This document shows, piece by piece, positions 8,429 to 16,215 of a DNA stretch of 64,000 nucleotides. Each line of letters opens with the position of its first letter. The first letter of the stretch is position 1. Where the stretch lies: positions 1,823 through 65,822 of IMG/VR virus record IMGVR_UViG_3300032246_000346. One strand, written 5' to 3'. Below the pieces are notes generated by a model, which worked only from the letters and a program-made list of their open reading frames with translations, made no database searches and was not told where the DNA came from. Made by a program: the position numbers and the translations under genes. Source of the stretch: a virus. Taxonomy: Duplodnaviria; Caudoviricetes.

Positions 8429-10254
8429 TGCCTAAACTTATAACGCTAGACTTTGAAACATACTATGATAAAGAGTATGGGTTAAAGAAGTATACAACGG
8501 AAGAATATATTCGTGACGATAAGTTTGAAGTTATTGGCGTAGCAGTCAATGATGGAACTACAACCTATTGGAACACAGGCACACATGATGAAATCAAAAC
8601 GTTCCTACAAGGGTTTGACTTAGAAGGTAGTTTTGTATTGGGGCATAACATGCGTTTCGATGCGGCTATTCTGTCATGGATATTTGACATACACCCACTA
8701 GGTCTATTCGATACCATGAGTATGGGACAAATCTTACATGGTCTTACTGAGTCTGTATCATTAGCTAATCTATCCACCTTTTACGGTATTGGAGTCAAAG
8801 GCACAGAAGTAGGCGATGCATTAGGTAAGCATAGACTAGACTTTACATCTACTGAGATGGCATCTTATGCAAGGTATTGTATTAATGATGTGGAGTTAAC
8901 TCGTCAGTTGTTTTATAAAATGAAAGATAAATTAACTGCACCAGAGATGCGCCTAATAGATTTAACTATCCGTATGTTTACAGAACCTAAGTTAGAACTT
9001 AATAAAGGTTTATTAATACGACACCTCCACGAAGTTAAAGAAGTTAAAGAAAAGCTACTCGCTTCAGTATCCGTAGATAAAGAATTGTTAATGAGTAACC
9101 CTAAGTTTGCTGAGTTACTTGTTGAACAAGGTGTAGAACCACCAATGAAAATTAGTCAAACAACAGGAAAGGAAACATATGCTTTTGCAAAAACCGATGA
9201 AGGATTTAAGGACTTACTTGAACATGAAAATCAATACGTTCAAGCTTTGGCTACTGCTCGTATTGGCAACAAGTCGACAATTGAAGAGACGCGCACAGAA
9301 AACTTTATTCAAATAGCCAACAGGGGAACATTACCTGTCCCTTTGAAGTATTCAGGTGCAGTGGTATCCCATCGATGGTCAGGCGTTGATGGGATTAATC
9401 TGCAAAACTTACCTCGGTCATCAGAGCTAAGACGAGCTATTTGTGCACCCAAAGGTTACAAGATTGTAGCGTCTGATTTAAGTAACATTGAGTTGCGTTT
9501 AGCCTATTGGTTTGCTCAGTCACATAGTAAAATAGAACAGATTAGGCAAGGTATTGATTTATATAAACAATCAGCCGCAGAAATTACAGGCATAGGTTAT
9601 GACGAAGTTGATAAAGACTTACGATTTATTTTTAAAGTTGTTAACTTGTCTGGTATTTATGGTGTTGGTGCTAACAAGATGCACTCTATCTTAAAACAAG
9701 GTGGTGTTAAGAAAGACTTAAACGAAGTTAAAAATATTGTTTATGCTTATAGAAAAGCTAATCCAGAATTAGTTAAAGCTTGGGCAGACGCAGGTAAAAT
9801 GTTAGAGGCGGTCAAAGCAGGTCAACATTATACTATGGGTAATGGTCAGATTATATCAAGCATTCCTCATGAAGGCATGATGAAACCTAACGGCATGTTG
9901 TTAGGACTACCTAATCTAAGAAAGTTAAAGACAGATATAGGTGAGTCATGGGTATATGATAAGTTAATGGGACGTAGTTTAATCCCTGAATATATACACC
10001 CATCTAAAACATTTCAGCGTTGCATACAATCATTGGCTCGTGATATAATAGGAGCACAATTAATTCAGGTAGCTAAAGTATATGATGTCGTTATGACTGT
10101 GCATGATGAGTTAGTCATGTTGTGTCATGAAGATGATGTAGACGAATGCGTAGAGTATGTAAAGAAATGTATGACTACTGCGCCTGAATGGTGTAAAGAC
10201 CTGCCGTTAGGTTGTGAGGTAGGTGTAGGTGATAACTATATGGATGCTAAGTAG
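8428..10254 (+). CDS. polA: Family A DNA polymerase with 3'-5' exonuclease
   Basis: Exo I DFETY, Exo II HN..FD, Exo III YCIND; motif A DLSNIELR, motif B R...K..NL...YG, motif C VHDE. Confidence 0.95.
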   Translation: MPKLITLDFETYYDKEYGLKKYTTEEYIRDDKFEVIGVAVNDGTTTYWNTGTHDEIKTFLQGFDLEGSFVLGHNMRFDAAILSWIFDIHPLGLFDTMSMGQILHGLTESVSLANLSTFYGIGVKGTEVGDALGKHRLDFTSTEMASYARYCINDVELTRQLFYKMKDKLTAPEMRLIDLTIRMFTEPKLELNKGLLIRHLHEVKEVKEKLLASVSVDKELLMSNPKFAELLVEQGVEPPMKISQTTGKETYAFAKTDEGFKDLLEHENQYVQALATARIGNKSTIEETRTENFIQIANRGTLPVPLKYSGAVVSHRWSGVDGINLQNLPRSSELRRAICAPKGYKIVASDLSNIELRLAYWFAQSHSKIEQIRQGIDLYKQSAAEITGIGYDEVDKDLRFIFKVVNLSGIYGVGANKMHSILKQGGVKKDLNEVKNIVYAYRKANPELVKAWADAGKMLEAVKAGQHYTMGNGQIISSIPHEGMMKPNGMLLGLPNLRKLKTDIGESWVYDKLMGRSLIPEYIHPSKTFQRCIQSLARDIIGAQLIQVAKVYDVVMTVHDELVMLCHEDDVDECVEYVKKCMTTAPEWCKDLPLGCEVGVGDNYMDAK

Positions 10255-10958
10255 TGCCAAGGACATATAAAAAGATAGAGTGGGTAAGAAAGTATTTAGT
10301 AAATAAAGCCCTCACCGAGTGTAGAAAATATACTAGATGTATAGAAAGAGAACTATTACATGATGAACGAAAACTAAAAAGAAATGCAAGAGATGCTGTG
10401 TGGAGAGAAAAGAATAGACAAAAAATAAGAGATAGAACTAATAAATGGTTTAAAGATAATAAAGAACATGCGTCTCAATGGAAAAGAAATTGGTATGCAA
10501 AAAACAAAGAGCATGTAAAACAAAAAGAAATTGAAAGATATCAACGCAGAAAAGATTACTTTAAAAACAAATATGCTACATATAAAGAATTTATAAATAC
10601 TAAAAGCAAAGAGTATAGAGAAAAAAATAGAGAAAAGATTAGAAAAAAAGCTATGGAAATGTATCATAGAATAAAACATACTGAAAAATATATTGCTCAA
10701 ATGAGAGCCAATGGTATGAAAAGATACACTTCTAAAAAGAAACGATGTCCTACTTGGTTATCTAATGATGATTTATGGTTAATAAAAGAAGCGTATGCGT
10801 TAGCTACTATTAGGAGTAAACTGTTTGGGTTTACATGGCATGTAGATCACATTATTCCATTACAAGGTAAAACAGTTTCAGGGTTACATGTACCAATAAA
10901 TATACAAGTAATACCAGGCGTAATTAATCAAAGAAAAAGTAATTTATACACAATATAA
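10254..10958 (+). CDS. HNH (homing) endonuclease with basic helical N-terminus
   Basis: WHVDHIIPLQG..VSGLHV..N.Q.I....N..KSN. Confidence 0.85.
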   Translation: MPRTYKKIEWVRKYLVNKALTECRKYTRCIERELLHDERKLKRNARDAVWREKNRQKIRDRTNKWFKDNKEHASQWKRNWYAKNKEHVKQKEIERYQRRKDYFKNKYATYKEFINTKSKEYREKNREKIRKKAMEMYHRIKHTEKYIAQMRANGMKRYTSKKKRCPTWLSNDDLWLIKEAYALATIRSKLFGFTWHVDHIIPLQGKTVSGLHVPINIQVIPGVINQRKSNLYTI

Positions 10959-10966
10959 GGGGGCGT

Positions 10967-11203
10967 ATGAAAAAGACCGCACAAAACGATGTAACAGGTG
11001 CATGGATAGTAAGTAAGCCTAACACCGAACAGTTTGAAAAGAACTTTGACCTTATATTTGGTAAGAAAAAGAAAGAGTCTCGTATTGATGTTATTGGACA
11101 GAATGGTAACGAAGGTATACACTACGAGATAGAACTCAATAAGTCTACAGGTGAACCTGAGAAAAAAGAATGTTGCCCTTGTGGCGTGAAAGGATGTGAA
11201 TAA
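10967..11203 (+). CDS. Hypothetical protein
   Basis: NDVTG..I.SK...E.F..NFD.IFGKK, a pattern often seen in small phage proteins. Confidence 0.65.
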   Translation: MKKTAQNDVTGAWIVSKPNTEQFEKNFDLIFGKKKKESRIDVIGQNGNEGIHYEIELNKSTGEPEKKECCPCGVKGCE

Positions 11204-11385
11204 TGGCTCAACCCGCAGTGCATAAAAGTAAAAGACATGCTAACCCATTCAAGACAAGAACAGGTAAGGATAAACTTAAAGCCTTACCTATGAAAAAGCT
11301 ATATGAGTTACTAGATAAAGCTGAAGAAGGTAAAAAGAAATCAAAGATTGCTAAAGAGATTGCAAGGAGAACTCCAATTGGCTGA
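11203..11385 (+). CDS. Small basic protein
   Basis: 60 aa, TAATG coupling. Confidence 0.6.
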   Translation: MAQPAVHKSKRHANPFKTRTGKDKLKALPMKKLYELLDKAEEGKKKSKIAKEIARRTPIG

Positions 11386-12052
11386 ACTTAAAACGTGGTC
11401 TTACTCAAGTGCTACAACATTCGAGAAATGTCCTAAGCAGTATTATCATCTATATGTAGCTAAGGATATAAAGCAAGACCCAAATACAGAACATTTCTTA
11501 TATGGCAACGAAGTTCACAAAGCTTGTGAGTTATACGTTAAGAACGCAACACCTCTGCCAGAGAAATTTAATATGTTTCAACCTACATTGGATAAGTTAA
11601 TAGCAATCCCAGGTGATAAGTATTGTGAGTATAAGTTAGGATTAACTAAAGACTTACAGCCCTGTGATTTCTTTGCTAAAGATGTATGGTGGCGTGGGGT
11701 TATTGACTTACTTGTTGTAAACCCTGAGACTAAGTTAGCTACCTTAATTGATTATAAGACAGGTAAGTCTAGTCAATATGCAGATACTAGACAGTTATCT
11801 TTGTTTAGCGTAGCCATATTTAAACACTTCCCTGATATGCAAAAAGTTAAGTCAGGCTTGGTATTCTTGGTAAGTAAAGAGATACTAAAAGAAGATTATA
11901 CAAGTGATAAAGTAGATGACATGTTTGCAGAATGGGGTAAAATAACGCATAGGATAGATACTGCCCATCAGACAGGCGTTTTCAACGCAAGCCCTAATTT
12001 TGCCTGCCGCAAGTTTTGTCCTGTTCAATCATGTTCACATTACGGGAAATAA
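11378..12052 (+). CDS. PD-(D/E)XK (Cas4/RecB-like) exonuclease
   Basis: WSYS...CP..Y, G..VH, E, RGVID, IDYKTG, C..CP...C Fe-S pattern; TTG start after AAGGAG. Confidence 0.9.
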   Translation: MAELKTWSYSSATTFEKCPKQYYHLYVAKDIKQDPNTEHFLYGNEVHKACELYVKNATPLPEKFNMFQPTLDKLIAIPGDKYCEYKLGLTKDLQPCDFFAKDVWWRGVIDLLVVNPETKLATLIDYKTGKSSQYADTRQLSLFSVAIFKHFPDMQKVKSGLVFLVSKEILKEDYTSDKVDDMFAEWGKITHRIDTAHQTGVFNASPNFACRKFCPVQSCSHYGK

Positions 12053-12053
12053 T

Positions 12054-12374
12054 ATGCCAAGCAAAAAAAGAGATTATCAAAAAGAAAATTTATACAAAGC
12101 TAAGCCAGAGCAAATTAAAATGCGTGTTGAGCGAAATAAAGCTAGACGAATTATGATGAAAGCTGGTAAAGTTCATAAGGGTGATGGACTAGCAGTAGAT
12201 CACATTGTCCCTTTAAGTAAGGGAGGTAAGACTGTATTAAGCAACTTGAGAGTGGTTGATGCTAATCTTAATGATTCTTACTCACGCAATAAAGATAGTT
12301 CATTAAAAGAAAACAAACCTAGTAAAAAGATTGTAGCTAAAGAAGCTAAAGAAGGAAAACGTAACAAAACGTAA
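12054..12374 (+). CDS. HNH endonuclease
   Basis: GDG.AVDHIVPLSKGG....SNLRV....LN. Confidence 0.8.
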   Translation: MPSKKRDYQKENLYKAKPEQIKMRVERNKARRIMMKAGKVHKGDGLAVDHIVPLSKGGKTVLSNLRVVDANLNDSYSRNKDSSLKENKPSKKIVAKEAKEGKRNKT

Positions 12375-12528
12375 TTTTGGTCCGCAAGGCGTGAGTGCGG
12401 TAAAACCACGTCAGTTAACAGTAAAGGATACCTCAATAAATATAAAACCTTTAAGTGTTAACATGTTGTAAATAGACGCGTCGCTACCTCTCTCGGTGAC
12501 GCGTTTATCTTTTAAAATAGGAGATTGC

Positions 12529-14085
12529 ATGGAAGTATATAAAGATAAAGCGTTGATTGTAAATACAAAACGCCCACAAATAATTTTAGATAAGATACCT
12601 AAAAGTAAGGTAGTTAAGACTTATGATAATGGTGTAACACAAGTTGCCGTTAATTGGGGTATAGATGAAGTCATAACTTTATCTGACATGAAAGTTAAAA
12701 ACCCACCTTCACCAATCACAAGAGATTACAATTGGCCTGGCATTCATAAACCCTTTGACCATCAAAGAACGACTGCTCAATTCTTATCAGCACATAGACG
12801 TGCATACTGTTTAAGTGAAGCAGGCACAGGTAAAACATCTGCCGTTATATGGGCAGCAGATTATCTAATGAACATAGGTAAGATTAAGCGTATGCTTGTA
12901 GTATGTCCCTTATCTATTATGCAGGCAGCATGGCAATCAGACTTCTTTAAAACTGCTATGCACAGATCAGTAGGTATTGCTCATGGCTCTGCTGAAAAAA
13001 GAAAGAAAGTATTTGCCGAGAATACAGATGTAGTTATTATTAATTACGATGGTATAGAAATTGTAGAGAAAGAAATCAAATCTGGCGGTTTTGATTTAAT
13101 AGTTGTCGATGAGGCAAACTATGTCAAGACTGTCACGACACGTCGCTGGAAGTCATTAAATCGTGTGGTAACACCTAATACATGGTTATGGCTTATGACA
13201 GGAACACCCGCTGCTCAATCACCAGCTGACGCATATGGACTGGCTAGACTTGTGAACCCCGCATCTGTCCCTAAATACGCAGGAACATTTAAGGATATGG
13301 TTATGCAGAAAGTTAGCCAGTTCACCTGGGTGCCTAGATTTAATGCTCAAGATATTGTATTTAAAACATTACAACCCGCCGTTCGTTATACTAAAGATGA
13401 ATGTCTGGACCTACCTGATGTTTTATATACAACACGAGAAGTCCCTCTTACACCACAACAAGATAAGTATTACAAAAAGTTAAAGAAAGATATGTATCTT
13501 GAAACGGCAGGTGAGGAAATTACAGTAGTCAATGCAGGTGTCATGCTCACTAAACTTTTACAAGTAAGTGCAGGCGCTATCTATTCAGATACTCAAGAAG
13601 TTATTGAGTTTGATATATCCAATCGCATGACTGCTCTAAAAGAAATCATAGAAGAAGCAAGCCACAAAGTTTTAATCTTTTGTCCGTTTAGACATAGCAT
13701 AGAAAAGATTATGGCTGAGTTACATAAAGACCATATAACTTGTGAGGCTATACATGGCGATGTATCTATGAATAAACGTTCAGAAATTTTCAAGAATTTT
13801 CAAGAAAGAAAAGACCCTCAAGTATTAGTTATTCAACCACAAGCTGCATCACATGGTGTAACACTCCACGCAGCTAACGTAGTTGTCTTTTGGTCACCTG
13901 TTATGTCTGTAGAAACATACATACAATGTTGCGCTCGTGTTGATCGTGCAGGACAAAAGAATAAGATGACTGTAGTTCATCTACAAGGTAGCCCTGTAGA
14001 ACAAAAGATTTATAAAATGCTACAAGGTAAGATAGAGAACCATGTAAAACTAGTTGACCTATATAAAGAGGAGTTTGAAGAATGA
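12529..14085 (+). CDS. SNF2-family (SF2) helicase
   Basis: GTGKT, VVDEA, MTGTP, HGVTL, Q..ARVDR.GQ; ATG after AGGAG. Confidence 0.92.
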   Translation: MEVYKDKALIVNTKRPQIILDKIPKSKVVKTYDNGVTQVAVNWGIDEVITLSDMKVKNPPSPITRDYNWPGIHKPFDHQRTTAQFLSAHRRAYCLSEAGTGKTSAVIWAADYLMNIGKIKRMLVVCPLSIMQAAWQSDFFKTAMHRSVGIAHGSAEKRKKVFAENTDVVIINYDGIEIVEKEIKSGGFDLIVVDEANYVKTVTTRRWKSLNRVVTPNTWLWLMTGTPAAQSPADAYGLARLVNPASVPKYAGTFKDMVMQKVSQFTWVPRFNAQDIVFKTLQPAVRYTKDECLDLPDVLYTTREVPLTPQQDKYYKKLKKDMYLETAGEEITVVNAGVMLTKLLQVSAGAIYSDTQEVIEFDISNRMTALKEIIEEASHKVLIFCPFRHSIEKIMAELHKDHITCEAIHGDVSMNKRSEIFKNFQERKDPQVLVIQPQAASHGVTLHAANVVVFWSPVMSVETYIQCCARVDRAGQKNKMTVVHLQGSPVEQKIYKMLQGKIENHVKLVDLYKEEFEE

Positions 14086-14474
14086 GTAATTGGTCACCTA
14101 AATATCAAAAAAAGCAGAATGAATATAGGGCTAACCATCCTGAATGGTATATGCATCTTAAAGCTAGAAGAAGAGCAAGAGACAACGGTATTGATTTTAA
14201 TATAGATGTGTCTGATGTTATTATGCCTAAAAATTGTCCTGTATTTAAACAATATGAATTAAAAAAAATACCTGATATTAAATCAGGGCCTAAGCCTTGG
14301 TCTCCATCATTAGATAGAATAGATAATACTAAAGGATATGTTAAAGGTAATGTGCAAGTTATAAGCCACAAAGCTAACACCATGAAAGGTAATGCCACAC
14401 CTGATGAATTATTACAGTTTGCGTTTTGGATAATATTTACTTATGGACATATGATTGATAAAGAAATTAGTTGA
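14082..14474 (+). CDS. HNH-type endonuclease
   Basis: CP...PSLDRIDNTKGYVKGNVQVIS..AN.MK. Confidence 0.8.
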   Translation: MSNWSPKYQKKQNEYRANHPEWYMHLKARRRARDNGIDFNIDVSDVIMPKNCPVFKQYELKKIPDIKSGPKPWSPSLDRIDNTKGYVKGNVQVISHKANTMKGNATPDELLQFAFWIIFTYGHMIDKEIS

Positions 14475-14498
14475 CATTGTAAATAGTTGTGATATACT
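14471..14498 (+). promoter_or_regulatory. Sigma70 promoter
   Basis: TTGACA, 16 nt spacer, TG-A-TATACT; shares TTGACATTGT with the early promoters. Confidence 0.7.
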
Positions 14499-14527
14499 GT
14501 TATTCTTAATAGATGAAAGGAGAGAAT

Positions 14528-14935
14528 GTGGAATTAGATGATAATAAGATAGAAAAACTTATGCAAGCATCTGTCAATATGCGTGACAAGATAGATGAAC
14601 TTGAAAAGCAAATATCTGATATTAAAGTTCAACGTGATAAAGTTGATATGGCTTTGAATGAAGCATGTAGAACATTAAATGTAACTAGTTTGAAAACTAA
14701 AATTGGAACACTATCTAGAACATTGAAGACACGCTATTGGTCAAGTGATTGGCCACAGATGTATGACTTTATTCTAGAAAATAGATTGCCTGAATTCTTT
14801 GAGAAACGTTTGGTGCAATCAGCAATTAAAGAATACTTAGAGCAGAACCCTGACAAAGCACCACCAGGACTACAAGCAACAAGTGAATATACAGTAAGAA
14901 TAACTAAAAGCAAAGACAATAAGGAGGAAGTATGA
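14528..14935 (+). CDS. Coiled-coil replication/recombination-associated protein
   Basis: SLKT..GT...DW..YDFI....FEKR...PPG pattern; GTG after AGGAG. Confidence 0.65.
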   Translation: MELDDNKIEKLMQASVNMRDKIDELEKQISDIKVQRDKVDMALNEACRTLNVTSLKTKIGTLSRTLKTRYWSSDWPQMYDFILENRLPEFFEKRLVQSAIKEYLEQNPDKAPPGLQATSEYTVRITKSKDNKEEV

Positions 14936-15855
14936 GTAATGAATTAGACGTATTTGGTAGCACCGCAGTAGCAACACATACCCGTAGAGATGATGGCTTT
15001 ACTGCAAACATCACAGGTAGTTCATCTACTGCTAAACGTATATCTATACGAGGTGGTAAGTTTAGATTAATGGTTAATGGTAAAGAAGTTGAGAAGTCAA
15101 ACCAAGACGCTCTTGATGTAGTTATTGTTAACGCATCACCACACGTTCATAGAATGTATTTCTCTAAAGCATACACGCCAGGTGAGAAAATGCCACCACC
15201 TACATGTTGGACATCTGATAGCCAAACACCTGACCCAGCAGTTGTAGAAAAACAAGCAGAGTCATGTTTAGCATGTCCACAAAACATTAAAGGTTCAGGC
15301 GCTAATGGAACTAAGGCATGTCGTTTTAGTAGACGTATTGCAGTCGTTCGTGCTGATGATTTAAATGGTGATGTATATCAAATGACATTACCTGCACAAT
15401 CAATCTTTGGTAACGGAACTAAAGACTGTAAACCTTTACATGAATACACAGATTATGTTAGAGCCAATGGTCAGAACTTAATGTCTGTTGTATCACGCGT
15501 ATCTTTTGATGAAGACTCATCAAGCACTAAGATTGGATTTAAACCAATCAGAATTCTTAATGATGAAGAGTATGCAGTATGCACAACTAAGTCAACATCA
15601 GATGAAGCTAAACGCGCTATTACATTATCTGTAAACATAAATAGAGAAGACGATGGTGAAGAATTTGAAACTAAGAAACAACAACCAATTCAACGCCCTC
15701 AAGTATCTGCGCCTAAAGTAGAAGATGATATTCCTGAACCTACTGTAAGAGCAACAGAGAAACCTACTCCACCACCAGCGCCTAAACCTGCAGCACCAAA
15801 AGCAGATCAAGGTGATGTTAGTTTAGATGATTTGGTATCTGATTGGACTTCATAA
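14932..15855 (+). CDS. Putative ssDNA-binding/annealing protein
   Basis: RISIRGGKF, C..CP.N..GS....KAC, Pro-rich linker and acidic-aromatic C-terminal tail (LDDLVSDW); position in the replication module. Confidence 0.6.
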   Translation: MSNELDVFGSTAVATHTRRDDGFTANITGSSSTAKRISIRGGKFRLMVNGKEVEKSNQDALDVVIVNASPHVHRMYFSKAYTPGEKMPPPTCWTSDSQTPDPAVVEKQAESCLACPQNIKGSGANGTKACRFSRRIAVVRADDLNGDVYQMTLPAQSIFGNGTKDCKPLHEYTDYVRANGQNLMSVVSRVSFDEDSSSTKIGFKPIRILNDEEYAVCTTKSTSDEAKRAITLSVNINREDDGEEFETKKQQPIQRPQVSAPKVEDDIPEPTVRATEKPTPPPAPKPAAPKADQGDVSLDDLVSDWTS

Positions 15856-16085
15856 TGCGTGGATATTCACAAGGATTTATTGAGTTAAATCAAAAAGCAA
15901 AAGAAAGTTCAGGGACGCTATTAGGTGCTATGTGCATAGCACTTAAATACCCTGTATGTCAAGTATCGAAAGAGCTTCGCGTTTCGAGACAAACAGTGTA
16001 TGATTGGTTTTCTGGCAGAGCAAGACCATCTAGAAGAATGGATATAAGAATCAAAGAGTTAGCTACAAGGCTACAAAGACAATAA
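15855..16085 (+). CDS. Cro-like HTH protein
   Basis: VSKELRVSRQTVYDWFSG..P. Confidence 0.75.
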   Translation: MRGYSQGFIELNQKAKESSGTLLGAMCIALKYPVCQVSKELRVSRQTVYDWFSGRARPSRRMDIRIKELATRLQRQ

Positions 16086-16215
16086 GAATTGCCTCAATGC
16101 AAGAGGTTGACTAAGCCTATAAGTCTCCAAACGAAATACTTAGTCAGTCAGTAATACGGCACCGCTATCTGTCGTTTGCATACGATAGCCCTAATAACTT
16201 TATTTCGAGAGAATA

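Noticed and set aside
8428-10254. DpoZ / Z-genome or other DNA-modification system
   Set aside because: No purZ, datZ, or recognisable base-modification or methyltransferase genes in the window
11378-12052. Cas4 as evidence of a CRISPR system
   Set aside because: Cas4-like PD-(D/E)XK exonucleases are standard in phage replication modules; no cas1/cas2 or array is present
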